64,000 bases of DNA from Bacteroidota bacterium (GCA_049522195.1 JBEKOB010000004.1:20809-84808), one strand, 5' to 3'; shown: positions 38,465 through 48,150, counted from the first letter of the stretch. Notes: generated by a model not told the origin, from the sequence alone. A program made the numbers and translations.

Positions 38465-39141
38465 AACGCATGCTGATTGTCGAGGACGACAAAGCTATAC
38501 TCCGGGGTCTGATCGACAGCTTCAAGGCCGAGCATTTTGAGGTGGAGACTTCATCTGACGGTGAAGAAGGATACATGTTTGCGAGAAGGAGGAAGTTCGA
38601 CCTTATCATACTTGATGTAATGCTTCCCGGGATGAACGGGCTCGACATCTGCAAACAGCTTCGAGTAGACGGCGTCAAGACTCCCATCCTGATGCTTACC
38701 GGCAAAGGGGAGGAGATTGACAAGGTCATGGGTCTAGAACTGGGCGCGGATGACTACATCACGAAGCCGTTCAGCATGAAGGAACTCATCGCCCGAGTCA
38801 AAGCGGTCCTGCGTCGTCAATCGGACATTCGTACTGCCTTGACCGAGGCAACCTTTGGGGACGTATTCGTCGATTTCAAGAAGCAAGAAGCAACCAAAGG
38901 AAAGAAGTCGCTGGATTTAAGTGCGAAGGAGTTTCAGTTGCTGAAGTACTTCGCCGAACGCGAAGGCGAGGTCATTTCACGCAATCAACTTCTCGACGAT
39001 GTTTGGGGGTATGAGGCGATGCCCACCACTCGGACTGTAGACAACTATATTCTTTCGCTCCGCAAGAAAATCGAATCAGATCCATCGAAGCCGAAGCATC
39101 TTCTCACCATCCATACCGCCGGCTACAAGTTTGTGAAATAG
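38461..39141 (+). CDS. OmpR/PhoB-family response regulator
   Basis: 226 aa. Receiver domain (DLIILDVMLPGMNG, KP) plus a winged-helix C-terminus (LSAKEFQLLKYF, RTVDNYI..LRKK, GYKF). Overlaps the kinase stop (ATGA). Confidence 0.85.
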   Translation: MKRMLIVEDDKAILRGLIDSFKAEHFEVETSSDGEEGYMFARRRKFDLIILDVMLPGMNGLDICKQLRVDGVKTPILMLTGKGEEIDKVMGLELGADDYITKPFSMKELIARVKAVLRRQSDIRTALTEATFGDVFVDFKKQEATKGKKSLDLSAKEFQLLKYFAEREGEVISRNQLLDDVWGYEAMPTTRTVDNYILSLRKKIESDPSKPKHLLTIHTAGYKFVK

Positions 39142-39227
39142 CATAGATCTTGACCACCTTTTCTGATGTCCTAATCAACGGATCCGCTTGTCCAGTTGAT
39201 CTCCTTTCAAAATCCAGGGAGGATTCG

Positions 39228-39821
39228 ATGCGTACACTCGTGGCTGTGGTAGCTCTGAGCGCTTTCATCTGTTCCGGTTCGATCGCTCAGTTCAGAAAAG
39301 GTAACGTTGAGCTTTCCATGAACGCCAGTCTCGGTTCGAGGAGTATAAAGGTCTCGAGCCGCGGCTATGAGGATTCGGAGAGCTACAATTTTGTGTACTT
39401 TGGTGTGTCTTCAGGGATTTTTGTGACGCAAGGTCTTTCGATTGAGCCTGAGATTGCGTTCATGGCGATGGAGAAACAATTCCCAACGTGGTATTTTCTG
39501 GGAAATGTCTCCTACACTTACGCGAATGAAGGGGCAAAGCTGGCGCCCTTTATCCGTGCCGGTATTGGTGTCTCAAACGGAATCCCTGTGCTCCCTGGAA
39601 CGATGGCTGTTTTCAGGACAACGGATAATCTCGATCTGCAGGTGCTCAATATCGGGGGTGGCGTGAAATACCAGATTGCGGGGGCAACGTATCTTCGAGC
39701 TGAAGCAAACTACAAACATTACTCTTGGAGTCGGACCCTTTATGCTGCGAGTTCTTCGACGGACTACTCGTACGGGGATCTTGGGTTACTGATCGGGTTA
39801 TCCGTCCTTCTTGGCGAGTAA
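39228..39821 (+). CDS. outer-membrane beta-barrel protein (OmpW/porin-like family)
   Basis: ATG at 39228 after AGGGAGG, with signal peptide MRTLVAVVALSAFICSGSIAQ. Alternating beta-strand pattern with a hydrophobic C-terminal strand. Family assignment is weak. Confidence 0.55.
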   Translation: MRTLVAVVALSAFICSGSIAQFRKGNVELSMNASLGSRSIKVSSRGYEDSESYNFVYFGVSSGIFVTQGLSIEPEIAFMAMEKQFPTWYFLGNVSYTYANEGAKLAPFIRAGIGVSNGIPVLPGTMAVFRTTDNLDLQVLNIGGGVKYQIAGATYLRAEANYKHYSWSRTLYAASSSTDYSYGDLGLLIGLSVLLGE

Positions 39822-39844
39822 GAAGGGCAATGACTGACAACAGC

Positions 39845-39875
39845 AAGGGGCAAGCTCATACTTGCCCCTTTGATA
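39845..39875. terminator. bidirectional terminator hairpin
   Basis: AAGGGGCAAG-CTCATA-CTTGCCCCTT followed by TGAT. Lies between convergent genes. Confidence 0.7.
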
Positions 39876-39923
39876 TTCCGTGTGTCCATTGCGACCCTGG
39901 ACACCAGTCTCCATTGCCTGCCG

Positions 39924-40592
39924 CTAGAACTTCAGATGCTGTTCCCACCTTCTAAAGAGCTCTGCGGTTGCCTTCACATCCCCTAGACAGTAATTGGCGA
40001 TCTCCTGAAACTTCTTCTCCCCAAACAGTCGGCCGAGATCGAGACCTGTGATTCCATGGGCTTTTGGGCTCTCAATGCCGAATGATTTACAGTAGAAGTC
40101 GAGACTGAATTTTCGCGTCGCCCCATAAAACGTCAACTGATCAAGCAGATCACAATGGACCGAAGCATCGTAGCGGTACGGCATGAGGTTGCGCGAGGGC
40201 TTGACCTCGAGGATTGCTGAGCGGATGAGCAGGAACGGACAGTCAAATCCGCGTCCATTGAAGGTGATGAACTGGTCGTACCTTGTGACGTCATTCCAGA
40301 AGATTGTGAGAATCTCTTTTTCCGGACAGGAAATAAAATGAACCTGCCCATCTTCGGATTGAGACTCGCCCTCCGTATCAGACTGGAAGATGACCTTGCC
40401 ACGGTTGGTATCCGGATTGAGCATGCCGATCGCAATGATCTGGGCCGTCGTAGGGTAGAGGCTGAGTTTCTGGATCGCTTCCTCTTTCTCCTCGTCTGAG
40501 TCCGCGAATTTCAAGAGGTATTCCTGCCGGACTTCATCGAACGACTCAAGGGGGTAGCCCAGAGTCTCAATGTCGATCACAACGCGAGCCAT
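39924..40592 (-). CDS. predicted 3'-5' exonuclease, RNase H-like / PolB-exonuclease-related (DEDD)
   Basis: 222 aa. VIDIETLG (Exo I), FNGRGFDCPFL (Exo II) and YCLGDVKAT (Exo III). Confidence 0.6.
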   Translation of the reverse strand: MARVVIDIETLGYPLESFDEVRQEYLLKFADSDEEKEEAIQKLSLYPTTAQIIAIGMLNPDTNRGKVIFQSDTEGESQSEDGQVHFISCPEKEILTIFWNDVTRYDQFITFNGRGFDCPFLLIRSAILEVKPSRNLMPYRYDASVHCDLLDQLTFYGATRKFSLDFYCKSFGIESPKAHGITGLDLGRLFGEKKFQEIANYCLGDVKATAELFRRWEQHLKF

Positions 40593-40601
40593 GGAGTTTC
40601 C

Positions 40602-41645
40602 TCAGGCCGTGATTCGATACTGTTTGAGTCCCCAGTGTGTTTCGACTGCAGCCACTTTGAGGATTGTGTAGAGCGGGATGACCAGCAGCATGCCGAGGAC
40701 TCCCATTAACTGATTCCCGACGATCAGCACTATGATGACCGTCAAGGGATGCATATCAACAGTTTTCGCAAAACAGAGTGGTTGAACGATGATATTGTCT
40801 ATCGTTTGTATGACGAGCGTCAGGATCGCGATCGGGGGAATCAAACTCAGATCTCCCGTCTGGGTCACCGACAGAAGGAACACAGGAAGCACGCCGATGA
40901 ACGGACCGACATACGGGATGAGGTTTGCCAACCCCGCAATCACACCCATCAAGATCGCGTACTTCACACCGATAATATAGAATCCGATAATGTTCAGAAT
41001 CCCCACAACCACCGAGTCGAGTATCCATCCCCGCAAATATCCCACAAGCTCCTTCTGGATTTTACTCACAACGTTCAATGTCATCTCAAAATACTTATTT
41101 GGAACACGCTCAAGGAGACGCTTGACCGCACGGTCGCCTTCTGAAAGCGCGAAGTATGTGACGAAAGGGATTATCAGGAAACTGAAGGCCGAACTCGCTC
41201 CAGACGCAGCATCCTGAACCATCGACTGCACGCTCTCGTCGATCATCGCGCGAATTCTGTGAGATGCGGTCTCTGGATTGACGAGCGGTATGCCCTTTGT
41301 TATGTTGCGGACCAGTTCGTCGAGTTTCTGATCGAGCGGAAAGTTCCGGAACCCGGCGTACAGCTCACGGACGTGGTTGAGGATAACCGGTATTCCATTG
41401 GCCGCGTTAAACAAGATGAAGAGGACAAGCAGAAGGAATACGATGGCGACCGAAATGGAACGACTCACGCCCAGGTGAATCTCGAGGAACCTGACCGGCG
41501 GGCGCAGCATGAATGCCAGCAGGAGGGCGAGGATCAGGGCAACCAGGAGCGACGGGAACAAACAGGCAATCGAAAAAGCAGCAGTCAGTACTGCGATTAG
41601 AGCGGTAACCCTGAGCGCCGGATTCGTGGTATAGGTTGTGAGCAT
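40602..41645 (-). CDS. AI-2E family transporter (PerM/YhhT-like permease)
   Basis: The ATG at 41645 aligns its N-terminus with the upstream paralog. The ANLIPYVGPFIG and HPL.VI..L..G motifs are typical of the AI-2E family. Confidence 0.8.
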   Translation of the reverse strand: MLTTYTTNPALRVTALIAVLTAAFSIACLFPSLLVALILALLLAFMLRPPVRFLEIHLGVSRSISVAIVFLLLVLFILFNAANGIPVILNHVRELYAGFRNFPLDQKLDELVRNITKGIPLVNPETASHRIRAMIDESVQSMVQDAASGASSAFSFLIIPFVTYFALSEGDRAVKRLLERVPNKYFEMTLNVVSKIQKELVGYLRGWILDSVVVGILNIIGFYIIGVKYAILMGVIAGLANLIPYVGPFIGVLPVFLLSVTQTGDLSLIPPIAILTLVIQTIDNIIVQPLCFAKTVDMHPLTVIIVLIVGNQLMGVLGMLLVIPLYTILKVAAVETHWGLKQYRITA

Positions 41646-41695
41646 CAGATCTTTCGGCTGAGCGTGACGTGAGCGGCCGGCCCACGGTTGTAACC

Positions 41696-42739
41696 TCAAG
41701 CCGTAATGCGGTAGTTCTTGAGGCCCCAGAACGATTCAACTGCGGATATTTTGATAATTGTGGCCAACGGAATTGCGAGGAGCATGCCCCCAACGCCCAT
41801 CATCTCGTGGCCGACGAGGAGAAGCAGGATGACGGTTAGCGGATGCATATCCACCGATTTGGCGAAACACAACGGCTGGACAACAAAATCATCGATCATC
41901 CGGATAACGAGCGCCATAATGATGATTGGTCCAACCATCCCGAAATTCCCTTGCTGCGTCAGGGAAACGAGGATCGCAAGGCTCGCTCCCACAATTGGTC
42001 CGAGATAGGGGACGAGGTTCGCGATGCCCGCCAGAACACCGATAATGATGGAGTACTGAATCCCGAGAATTGTGAGGCCGACTATACTGAGAAGGCCGAC
42101 AATCATGGAGTCGAGAAGCCATCCCTTAAGATACCCGACAAGTTGATGCCGGATCTTTTGCATGACGTTCAAGGTCATCTCGAAATACCGGTTTGGCACC
42201 CGCTCGATAAGGGTGGTGAACGCACGCCGTCCGTCTGCTAGGATGAAATATGTCACGAACGGGACGATCACGAGTGTCACGAGTGTGCCCAGAGCTTTCT
42301 GGAGCGATGCGCCCGCCTCATCGGTTGCGCGTTCAATCATTCCCTGGATCGATTGTGCGAGCGAAGCGCTGTTGATAAAAGGAAGCGTTCCTTCGAGGCC
42401 TTTGGTCAGCTCCTGGAGTTTCGATTCAAAGGGGAACTGGCGAATCTGGTCATGGATCGTAATAAGATGGTCGAGAGCGACCGGTATCAGGAGAGAGAGA
42501 ATGTAGACGAGAGACCCGCCGATGGTGATGAACGTTGCAATGATCGCTGGTACCCGCTTCATTCCGAATCGGCTTTCGATTGCAGAAACAAAGGGGCCAA
42601 GAATGAACGCTGCCAGCGCTGAGAGGATCAGTGCAAGAACGAGATCGGGGAAAAAGGATGCAATCCAGAACGCCAAAGCGATGGATGCGATCAGAAGCGT
42701 CACTTTGATGATGGGATGGCTGGGGGCTACAGGTTTCAT
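41696..42739 (-). CDS. AI-2E family transporter (tandem paralog)
   Basis: 347 aa, collinear with the downstream paralog (ANLVPYLGPIVG, VDMHPLTVILLLLVG). Confidence 0.8.
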   Translation of the reverse strand: MKPVAPSHPIIKVTLLIASIALAFWIASFFPDLVLALILSALAAFILGPFVSAIESRFGMKRVPAIIATFITIGGSLVYILSLLIPVALDHLITIHDQIRQFPFESKLQELTKGLEGTLPFINSASLAQSIQGMIERATDEAGASLQKALGTLVTLVIVPFVTYFILADGRRAFTTLIERVPNRYFEMTLNVMQKIRHQLVGYLKGWLLDSMIVGLLSIVGLTILGIQYSIIIGVLAGIANLVPYLGPIVGASLAILVSLTQQGNFGMVGPIIIMALVIRMIDDFVVQPLCFAKSVDMHPLTVILLLLVGHEMMGVGGMLLAIPLATIIKISAVESFWGLKNYRITA

Positions 42740-42745
42740 AGAATG

Positions 42746-43381
42746 TTATCGAATGACGCTACGTGCAATTTTGTACGCGACTTCGGTTGAGAATCCGCGG
42801 TTCAGCAGGTAGTCTGCCAGTCGCTTCTGGCGCACCGCAGGTTCGAGGTCGGAGAATCGTGCCCGACTCATCTTGAGTTTGCGCGCTGCCAATGCCCTGG
42901 CTGCTTCCTGCTCACTTTCGTCTGTCACGTACTCCTTGAGCACCCGTTCGGCCGCCTGAAATGAAATACCTTTGTCGAGAAGCTTTCTCCGAAGGAGCGC
43001 TCTCCCCATCGGTTTTCCCCGGAGTTTGTCCCTGATGAACATCCTCGCAAACTCAAGATCGTTTATGAGCATCAGTTCGCGAAGCCGCTCCACCGCCTCG
43101 CGTACGAGGTCCGCAGCAAATCCCTTGCGGGTCAATTTGTCGGTGACTTCCTTTGAGCTGCGCGGACGGTATGAAATGAAGTTGACAGCAATTTGATGCG
43201 CCCGTTCGCGGGAGTCTGCCAGAATGATCCCGTCGATAGTGTCCTGGTCAATCGACTTCCCGTTGTGGAGCCCAGTCTTTGCCAGGAGGGTCTCGCTGAC
43301 GCGAAACGCAGGATTCTCGTCAACGAAAACCTCGTATCTATTACGCTCTCGCCGGCATTTCTGTATCCTGGTGATGAGCAT
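42746..43381 (-). CDS. recX: recombination regulator RecX
   Basis: ATG at 43381. Three-repeat helical RecX pattern (YRPRSSKEV..KL..KGF). Sits immediately downstream of recA. Confidence 0.8.
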   Translation of the reverse strand: MLITRIQKCRRERNRYEVFVDENPAFRVSETLLAKTGLHNGKSIDQDTIDGIILADSRERAHQIAVNFISYRPRSSKEVTDKLTRKGFAADLVREAVERLRELMLINDLEFARMFIRDKLRGKPMGRALLRRKLLDKGISFQAAERVLKEYVTDESEQEAARALAARKLKMSRARFSDLEPAVRQKRLADYLLNRGFSTEVAYKIARSVIR

Positions 43382-43491
43382 GGAATCCTGCGGGCCTGGG
43401 AAAATGATGTACAACGAACCACGCATGAGTTGTAGGACAAAGCGACGCTTCGTCCTACAGGTGGGGTCGAAACCGCAATTTCAACAACCTG

Positions 43492-44571
43492 CTAACTCTT
43501 TGCCGTCTTCTTGGATGCTGCAGCAGGTTCAGCTTTGATCGGAGCCGCTGGTGGTGCCGGTTCCGCTGGGAGTAAGCCCAGTTTACGCCGGACCGCCGTG
43601 TCGATTTCTTTCGCAAGTGCAGCGTTCGCCTGGAGATACGTTTTCACGGAATCGCGCCCCTGGCCGATTCTCTCATCCTTGTACGAGAACCACGACCCGC
43701 TCTTTGCGATGATGTTCTGCTCGACTGCCGTGTCGATAAGGTCGCCCAGCTTCGAGATTCCTTCATTATAGAGGATATCGAACAACGCTTCCTTGAAAGG
43801 AGGAGCCACCTTGTTCTTCACAACCTTCACGCGCGTCCTGTTGCCGATAATGCTCTGACCGTCTTTCAATGCTTCGATGCGGCGGACGTCGAGGCGGACG
43901 GATGCGTAGAACTTCAGAGCATTGCCCCCCGTTGTCGTTTCCGGATTGCCGAACATGACACCGATCTTCTGCCTCAACTGGTTAGTGAACATTACGGTCG
44001 TTTTCGATTTGCTGATGGCAGAAGTCAGTTTGCGTAACGCTTGAGACATCAAACGTGCCTGTACGCCCATCGTCGGGTCGCCCATCTCGCCTTCGATTTC
44101 TGCCCGGGGAGTCAGAGCTGCAACCGAATCGATAATGATAATATCGAGGGCGTTGCTGCGGACGAGTGTCTCGACGATCTCGAGAGCCTGTTCGCCGAAC
44201 TCCGGTTGCGAGAGGAGGAGGTTGTTGACATCGACGCCCAGTTTTTTCGCGTAAGCAATGTCCAGCGCGTGCTCCGTATCGATGAACGCTGCGACGCCAC
44301 CTGTCTTCTGCGCTTCCGCGATCAAGTGGAGACAAATGGTCGTCTTTCCCGATGATTCAGGGCCGAAGATCTCGACGACGCGGCCGCGCGGTATTCCGCC
44401 GATTCCAAGCGCAGCATCGAGGGAGATCGAGCCGGTCGATATTGCGTCGATCTTCGCGATCGGACCCTCCGTGAGTTTCATGATGGCTCCCTTGCCGTGC
44501 TGCTTCTCGATCTGATCGATGGCAATCTTGAGGGCCTGAGCGCGTGCTTCTTTGTTCACTGTTTCGGACAT
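43492..44571 (-). CDS. recA: recombinase RecA
   Basis: 359 aa. Carries [18 protein letters not shown] and the [34 protein letters not shown] block. Ala/Pro-rich C-terminal tail. Confidence 0.95.
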   Translation of the reverse strand: MSETVNKEARAQALKIAIDQIEKQHGKGAIMKLTEGPIAKIDAISTGSISLDAALGIGGIPRGRVVEIFGPESSGKTTICLHLIAEAQKTGGVAAFIDTEHALDIAYAKKLGVDVNNLLLSQPEFGEQALEIVETLVRSNALDIIIIDSVAALTPRAEIEGEMGDPTMGVQARLMSQALRKLTSAISKSKTTVMFTNQLRQKIGVMFGNPETTTGGNALKFYASVRLDVRRIEALKDGQSIIGNRTRVKVVKNKVAPPFKEALFDILYNEGISKLGDLIDTAVEQNIIAKSGSWFSYKDERIGQGRDSVKTYLQANAALAKEIDTAVRRKLGLLPAEPAPPAAPIKAEPAAASKKTAKS

Positions 44572-44583
44572 GGAAACTCCTAG

Positions 44584-45147
44584 TTATGATGCAAGAGGAA
44601 TAGAATTCAAGAGAGTGTATACAGAGCCGGTTGGCTTCAACTCACTGCGTATGATGTGAATTTCGCTGCAGCGGGCTATCAACGGTTTGAAAGTAATGGA
44701 TTTTAGTCTGGCTGTCAAGCGGTCGAGATTGCGATCCCCTTTCACTCTGCCAAGCGTGACGTGACCGTGAAACGGACGGTCTTCTTTCGCGAACCCAAAT
44801 GAACTGCAAACCCGTTCAACGCGTTCCTGAATCCCCTGTACGTGCTCGTTTTGTTGCGTTCCGATCCACACGACTCTTGGTCGTGTGACGGTTGGGAAGG
44901 CGCCGAGCGATACAAAGGGGAGGTCAAATGGCGCTATTCCGCCAATGGAATTCTCGACCTCCTTTGCGATGAGCGGAGGCTGCGATGAGTCGACATCGCC
45001 AAGAAACTTTAACGTGATGTGAAATTTCTCGGACCCATCCCACTTTACCTCGGCCTGCGTTTCAATAAGCCGTCTCTGAATGTCGGCGAATTGTCGCTGT
45101 ATTTCAGATGGAAGGGGAAGTGCTATGAATGCGCGGATCATAGACAT
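44584..45147 (-). CDS. thpR: RNA 2',3'-cyclic phosphodiesterase (2'-5' RNA ligase family, ThpR/LigT)
   Basis: Start at 45147 or 45141, just after the cinA stop. Two HxT/S motifs are present (HITLKF and HVTLGR). Confidence 0.8.
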   Translation of the reverse strand: MSMIRAFIALPLPSEIQRQFADIQRRLIETQAEVKWDGSEKFHITLKFLGDVDSSQPPLIAKEVENSIGGIAPFDLPFVSLGAFPTVTRPRVVWIGTQQNEHVQGIQERVERVCSSFGFAKEDRPFHGHVTLGRVKGDRNLDRLTARLKSITFKPLIARCSEIHIIRSELKPTGSVYTLLNSIPLAS

Positions 45148-45154
45148 AAAAATC

Positions 45155-46408
45155 TCACAAATCGACCTTGAGGAGCTTCCTTCTGAGGAGCTCAAGCGCC
45201 GCCTGAGCAGCCCGCTCCTTGATCCTGCGCCGTTCATCACCCAGCGTGAACCGGAGCGCCAGTGTGCCGGAGCGATCGGAATATCCGACCCATACAAGAC
45301 CAACAGGCTTCTCGGCCGATCCTCCGGTTGGACCGGCGATCCCCGTGGTCGAAAGACCAATATCCGTGTTCGACTTCCTGCGTGCCCCTTCGGCCATGGC
45401 CTCGGCAACCTCGCGACTCACGGCGCCGTGCTGCTGAATGAGCGCCGACGGAACGCCAAGATCTGCCAACTTGGCGTCGTTGCTGTACGTGATGTAAGAC
45501 CGGTCAAAGTAGCTTGAGCTACCCGGCACATTTGTGATCCTGTCTGATATAAGGCCGCCGGTGCACGATTCTGCGACAGCCAGCGTAAGATGGTGCTCGA
45601 GAAGGAGCTTCCCGATGACATGTTCGAGCTCTTCATCACCGCTTGCGTAAATGTATTTCCCCACTTTCGCACGGATGGCTTGCTCTACCATCTCAATCTG
45701 TGCCTGAGCCGCCGCTACATTCTTTGCGCGGACTGTGATCCGAAGCCTCGTCCCGGTTGGCCCCGGAAGGAACGCTAAAGTGGTGCCGTCGCCGGGTCTG
45801 AACAACGCGTTCACGTCTCCGATATGCTCGGCGAGGAACGACTCTCCGATGCCAGTGGTCTTCAGCGTTCGATGCTGGATCACAAGACCCGAAGCCCGAT
45901 GTGCGAAGAACGGCAGTATGAATTCCTCAACCATCGCCTTCATCTCAAAAGGAACCCCGGGCATCGCGATGAAGAACTTTTCGTTCCGTTCGAACAGGAA
46001 GCCCGGTGCCGTGCCGTGATTGTTCTGGATGACAGTGCAGGTCCTGGGAACCAAGGCTTGATCCTCATTGATTTTCTTCGGGGCAATGCCCCTGCGCTCG
46101 AAAAACCCTCGTACCCGCCGCAGTGCTTCTTCGTTCACAACCAGATCCGTTGCAAAGAACTTGCACACCGCGGTCCTGGTGATGTCATCGTGGGTCGGCC
46201 CGAGGCCCCCCGTCACGAGCACGATGCTGCAATTGTCGAGCGCTTCGGCGAACGACTCGAGAATTGCGTCTTCCTCGTCGCCAACGGTGGTCATCCGGCT
46301 CACTGCAATACCGATTGAGTTGAGTCGCTCGGCAATGAATGCCTGATTTGTATTGATGACTTGCCCGATCAAGAGCTCGTCACCGATCGAAATGATCTCT
46401 GCTTTCAT
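45155..46408 (-). CDS. cinA: competence/damage-inducible protein CinA (MoCF-like domain + nicotinamide-nucleotide amidase PncC domain)
   Basis: 417 aa. Carries MKAEIISIGDELLIGQVINTN, TGGLGPTHDDIT and a C-terminal ESCTGG PncC motif. Confidence 0.85.
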   Translation of the reverse strand: MKAEIISIGDELLIGQVINTNQAFIAERLNSIGIAVSRMTTVGDEEDAILESFAEALDNCSIVLVTGGLGPTHDDITRTAVCKFFATDLVVNEEALRRVRGFFERRGIAPKKINEDQALVPRTCTVIQNNHGTAPGFLFERNEKFFIAMPGVPFEMKAMVEEFILPFFAHRASGLVIQHRTLKTTGIGESFLAEHIGDVNALFRPGDGTTLAFLPGPTGTRLRITVRAKNVAAAQAQIEMVEQAIRAKVGKYIYASGDEELEHVIGKLLLEHHLTLAVAESCTGGLISDRITNVPGSSSYFDRSYITYSNDAKLADLGVPSALIQQHGAVSREVAEAMAEGARRKSNTDIGLSTTGIAGPTGGSAEKPVGLVWVGYSDRSGTLALRFTLGDERRRIKERAAQAALELLRRKLLKVDL

Positions 46409-46442
46409 GCTCTGGTAGGAGAAACCTGTGAAAGAAAACTGT

Positions 46443-46964
46443 TTAGATGATCTTTATTGCAACGGCCAGCTGAAGGAGGAGGTTGGTGTAGATTGCAGAC
46501 ACGACGTCGTCGAGCATGACCCCGGCCCCGCCGTGAAGGTTGTCGAACCGGCGTGCCGGATATGGCTTCACAATGTCGAGAATCCTGAATATAAAGAACC
46601 CCAGCGTCGCAACAAGGATAGTCTTCGGAAGAAACAGAAGAGACACCCACATTCCCACAACTTCATCAATCGTGACTTCGCTGGGATCTTGACCGTACAC
46701 TTTCTCCATTGCATCGGAGGCCCTGATGCCGAGAGCAAGGACGACAAGACTCGCGGGGAGAAGGACGTACCATCGTTCGAAACCGGGGATACAATAGAAT
46801 GCAAGACCTACTGCGCTGCCAACGGTACCTGAAGCGATCGGTGAAAATCCGGAGAACAGTCCGGAAGCGAACGCTTTCGTGACAAAACCCACTTTCGGCG
46901 ACTGCGCGGGTGTTTGCTCCGGGGCGTTGTTATTCGGACTCGGTGACTCGGGTGGAAGCGCCAT
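46443..46964 (-). CDS. pgpA: phosphatidylglycerophosphatase A
   Basis: SGLFSGFSPIASGTVGS, DPSEVTIDEVVG and RILDIVKPYPA match PgpA. The start is uncertain: the ATGs at 47009 and 46964 both overlap the pgsA 3' end. Confidence 0.7.
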   Translation of the reverse strand: MALPPESPSPNNNAPEQTPAQSPKVGFVTKAFASGLFSGFSPIASGTVGSAVGLAFYCIPGFERWYVLLPASLVVLALGIRASDAMEKVYGQDPSEVTIDEVVGMWVSLLFLPKTILVATLGFFIFRILDIVKPYPARRFDNLHGGAGVMLDDVVSAIYTNLLLQLAVAIKII

Positions 46965-47556
46965 ACAATTCTCGGACAGTCGTCCAGTTGTCGATAATGT
47001 AGAGGACACCGGTCAGCAGTGTGATTGCTGCTATGACCGCCATGCAGGCATAGAGAAGCGATTGATCCAGAAGCCGATCGAGGAGGGAACCGTAACGCAA
47101 ACGAAAATATTCGGTGTCCCTCGCGATGTAAGCAAGAAGGATGTAATAGATCAGGGCGAACTGGATGAATGTCTTTGTTTTCGCACTGCGGGATGTATTG
47201 AAGGGTTTCCCTTTGAGCTCCGCGTACGAACGCAGGAAGGTGATGGCAACGTCCCGGACTACAATGACCCAAACAGTCCAGGGTGGAACCAGGTTCAAGT
47301 AGATGAAAGCAATGAGGGCGGCAGAGGTGACGATCTTATCGGCCAGCGGATCGAGGAACGTCCCCCAGCGCGTCACGTAGCCCCATCTGCGCGCAACCCA
47401 CCCATCGTACCAATCCGTGAGCATCGCAATGAAGAAGACTAACGGCGACAGCTGGCGCAGCACCGGGTTCGTTGAGAACAGGAATGCGACGAAGACAGGT
47501 GCCAGCAGTATCCGAAGAAATGTCAACTGGTTTGGGGGTGAGAATGCGAGCTTCAT
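46930..47556 (-). CDS. pgsA: CDP-diacylglycerol--glycerol-3-phosphate 3-phosphatidyltransferase
   Basis: 208 aa. N-terminal PNQLTFLRI and the CDP-alcohol phosphotransferase motif D.YDG...R......G..LDPLADK. Confidence 0.85.
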   Translation of the reverse strand: MKLAFSPPNQLTFLRILLAPVFVAFLFSTNPVLRQLSPLVFFIAMLTDWYDGWVARRWGYVTRWGTFLDPLADKIVTSAALIAFIYLNLVPPWTVWVIVVRDVAITFLRSYAELKGKPFNTSRSAKTKTFIQFALIYYILLAYIARDTEYFRLRYGSLLDRLLDQSLLYACMAVIAAITLLTGVLYIIDNWTTVRELYGASTRVTESE

Positions 47557-47591
47557 CTCTTGTGTATTCTGGGTTCAATCACCGCCGGAAC

Positions 47592-47619
47592 AAAAAATCC
47601 CGCCAGAGCTGCGGGATTT
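47592..47619 (-). terminator. rho-independent terminator after rpmB
   Basis: On the minus strand: AAATCCCGC-loop-GCGGGATTT followed by TTTG. Confidence 0.7.
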
Positions 47620-47654
47620 CAAGTACCACGAATTATGTCGACAGCTCGCCCGCG

Positions 47655-47846
47655 TCAGGCAGCCTTCTGAACCTTGCCAGACTTGATGCAATTGGTGCAC
47701 ACCGTGATGCGTCGGACTGAGCCGTCAACCTTTGCGCGAACCGACTGGAGGTTCGGAAGGAACCTTCGGGGCGCACGGTTGTGGGCGTGACTTACATGGT
47801 TTCCCGCCATTGGTTTCTTGCCACAGATTTCACAAACTCTTGCCAT
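47655..47846 (-). CDS. rpmB: 50S ribosomal protein L28
   Basis: 63 aa. [34 protein letters not shown]. Confidence 0.9.
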   Translation of the reverse strand: MARVCEICGKKPMAGNHVSHAHNRAPRRFLPNLQSVRAKVDGSVRRITVCTNCIKSGKVQKAA

Positions 47847-48011
47847 CAGTACACTCCATCTCGATAGTTCAAAAAATGTGAACCAATATAGCCAGAAAAT
47901 CGGAAAGAGGCAACACCATTTTCAGTGCATGACACGGTGTTTCGGGAGACGGCCGAGGTTGCGCAAACCTGTTTTTTTGGTTATCATAGTCGGAACCACG
48001 GGAGTTCCTGA

Positions 48012-48053
48012 GGTGAAAAGTAAACAGTGAATAGTGAATCGTAAATCGTGAAC
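48012..48053. repeat. heptamer tandem array x6 (NGTRAAY)
   Basis: Units in order: ggtgaaa, agtaaac, agtgaat, agtgaat, cgtaaat, cgtgaac. Located in the rpmB/tsaD divergent intergenic region. Confidence 0.85.
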
Positions 48054-48101
48054 GGCGGATGGTCTGCCTGTTCATTTTGGTCCAGTCCTGAACCAGATGC
48101 C

Positions 48102-48150
48102 CAAATCTTTGAACTTTAAACTTGAAACTGAAAACTCAAAACTCCAAACT
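48102..48150. repeat. heptamer tandem array x7 (NNAAACT)
   Basis: Units in order: caaatct, ttgaact, ttaaact, tgaaact, gaaaact, caaaact, ccaaact. ACT recurs at an exact 7-nt spacing. Confidence 0.85.

Noticed and set aside
45148-45408. 87-aa N-terminal extension of the thpR ORF (track 44584..45408).
   Set aside because: The extension lies entirely inside the cinA coding region in another frame. ThpR homology begins at MSMIRAFIALPLP, right after the cinA stop.
47950-47980. AGGTT-GCGCA-AACCT hairpin followed by T7 on the plus strand upstream of the heptamer arrays. It could be the terminator of an unannotated sRNA.
   Set aside because: The stem is only 5 bp and has no supporting promoter or conserved structure that I can see. 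This is too weak to call.
48012-48150. The heptamer and octamer arrays (also at 12697, 56158 and 63013) as CRISPR arrays.
   Set aside because: The period is 7-8 bp with no unique spacers, the arrays are under 100 bp, and no cas genes are present. They are simple short-period tandem repeats.
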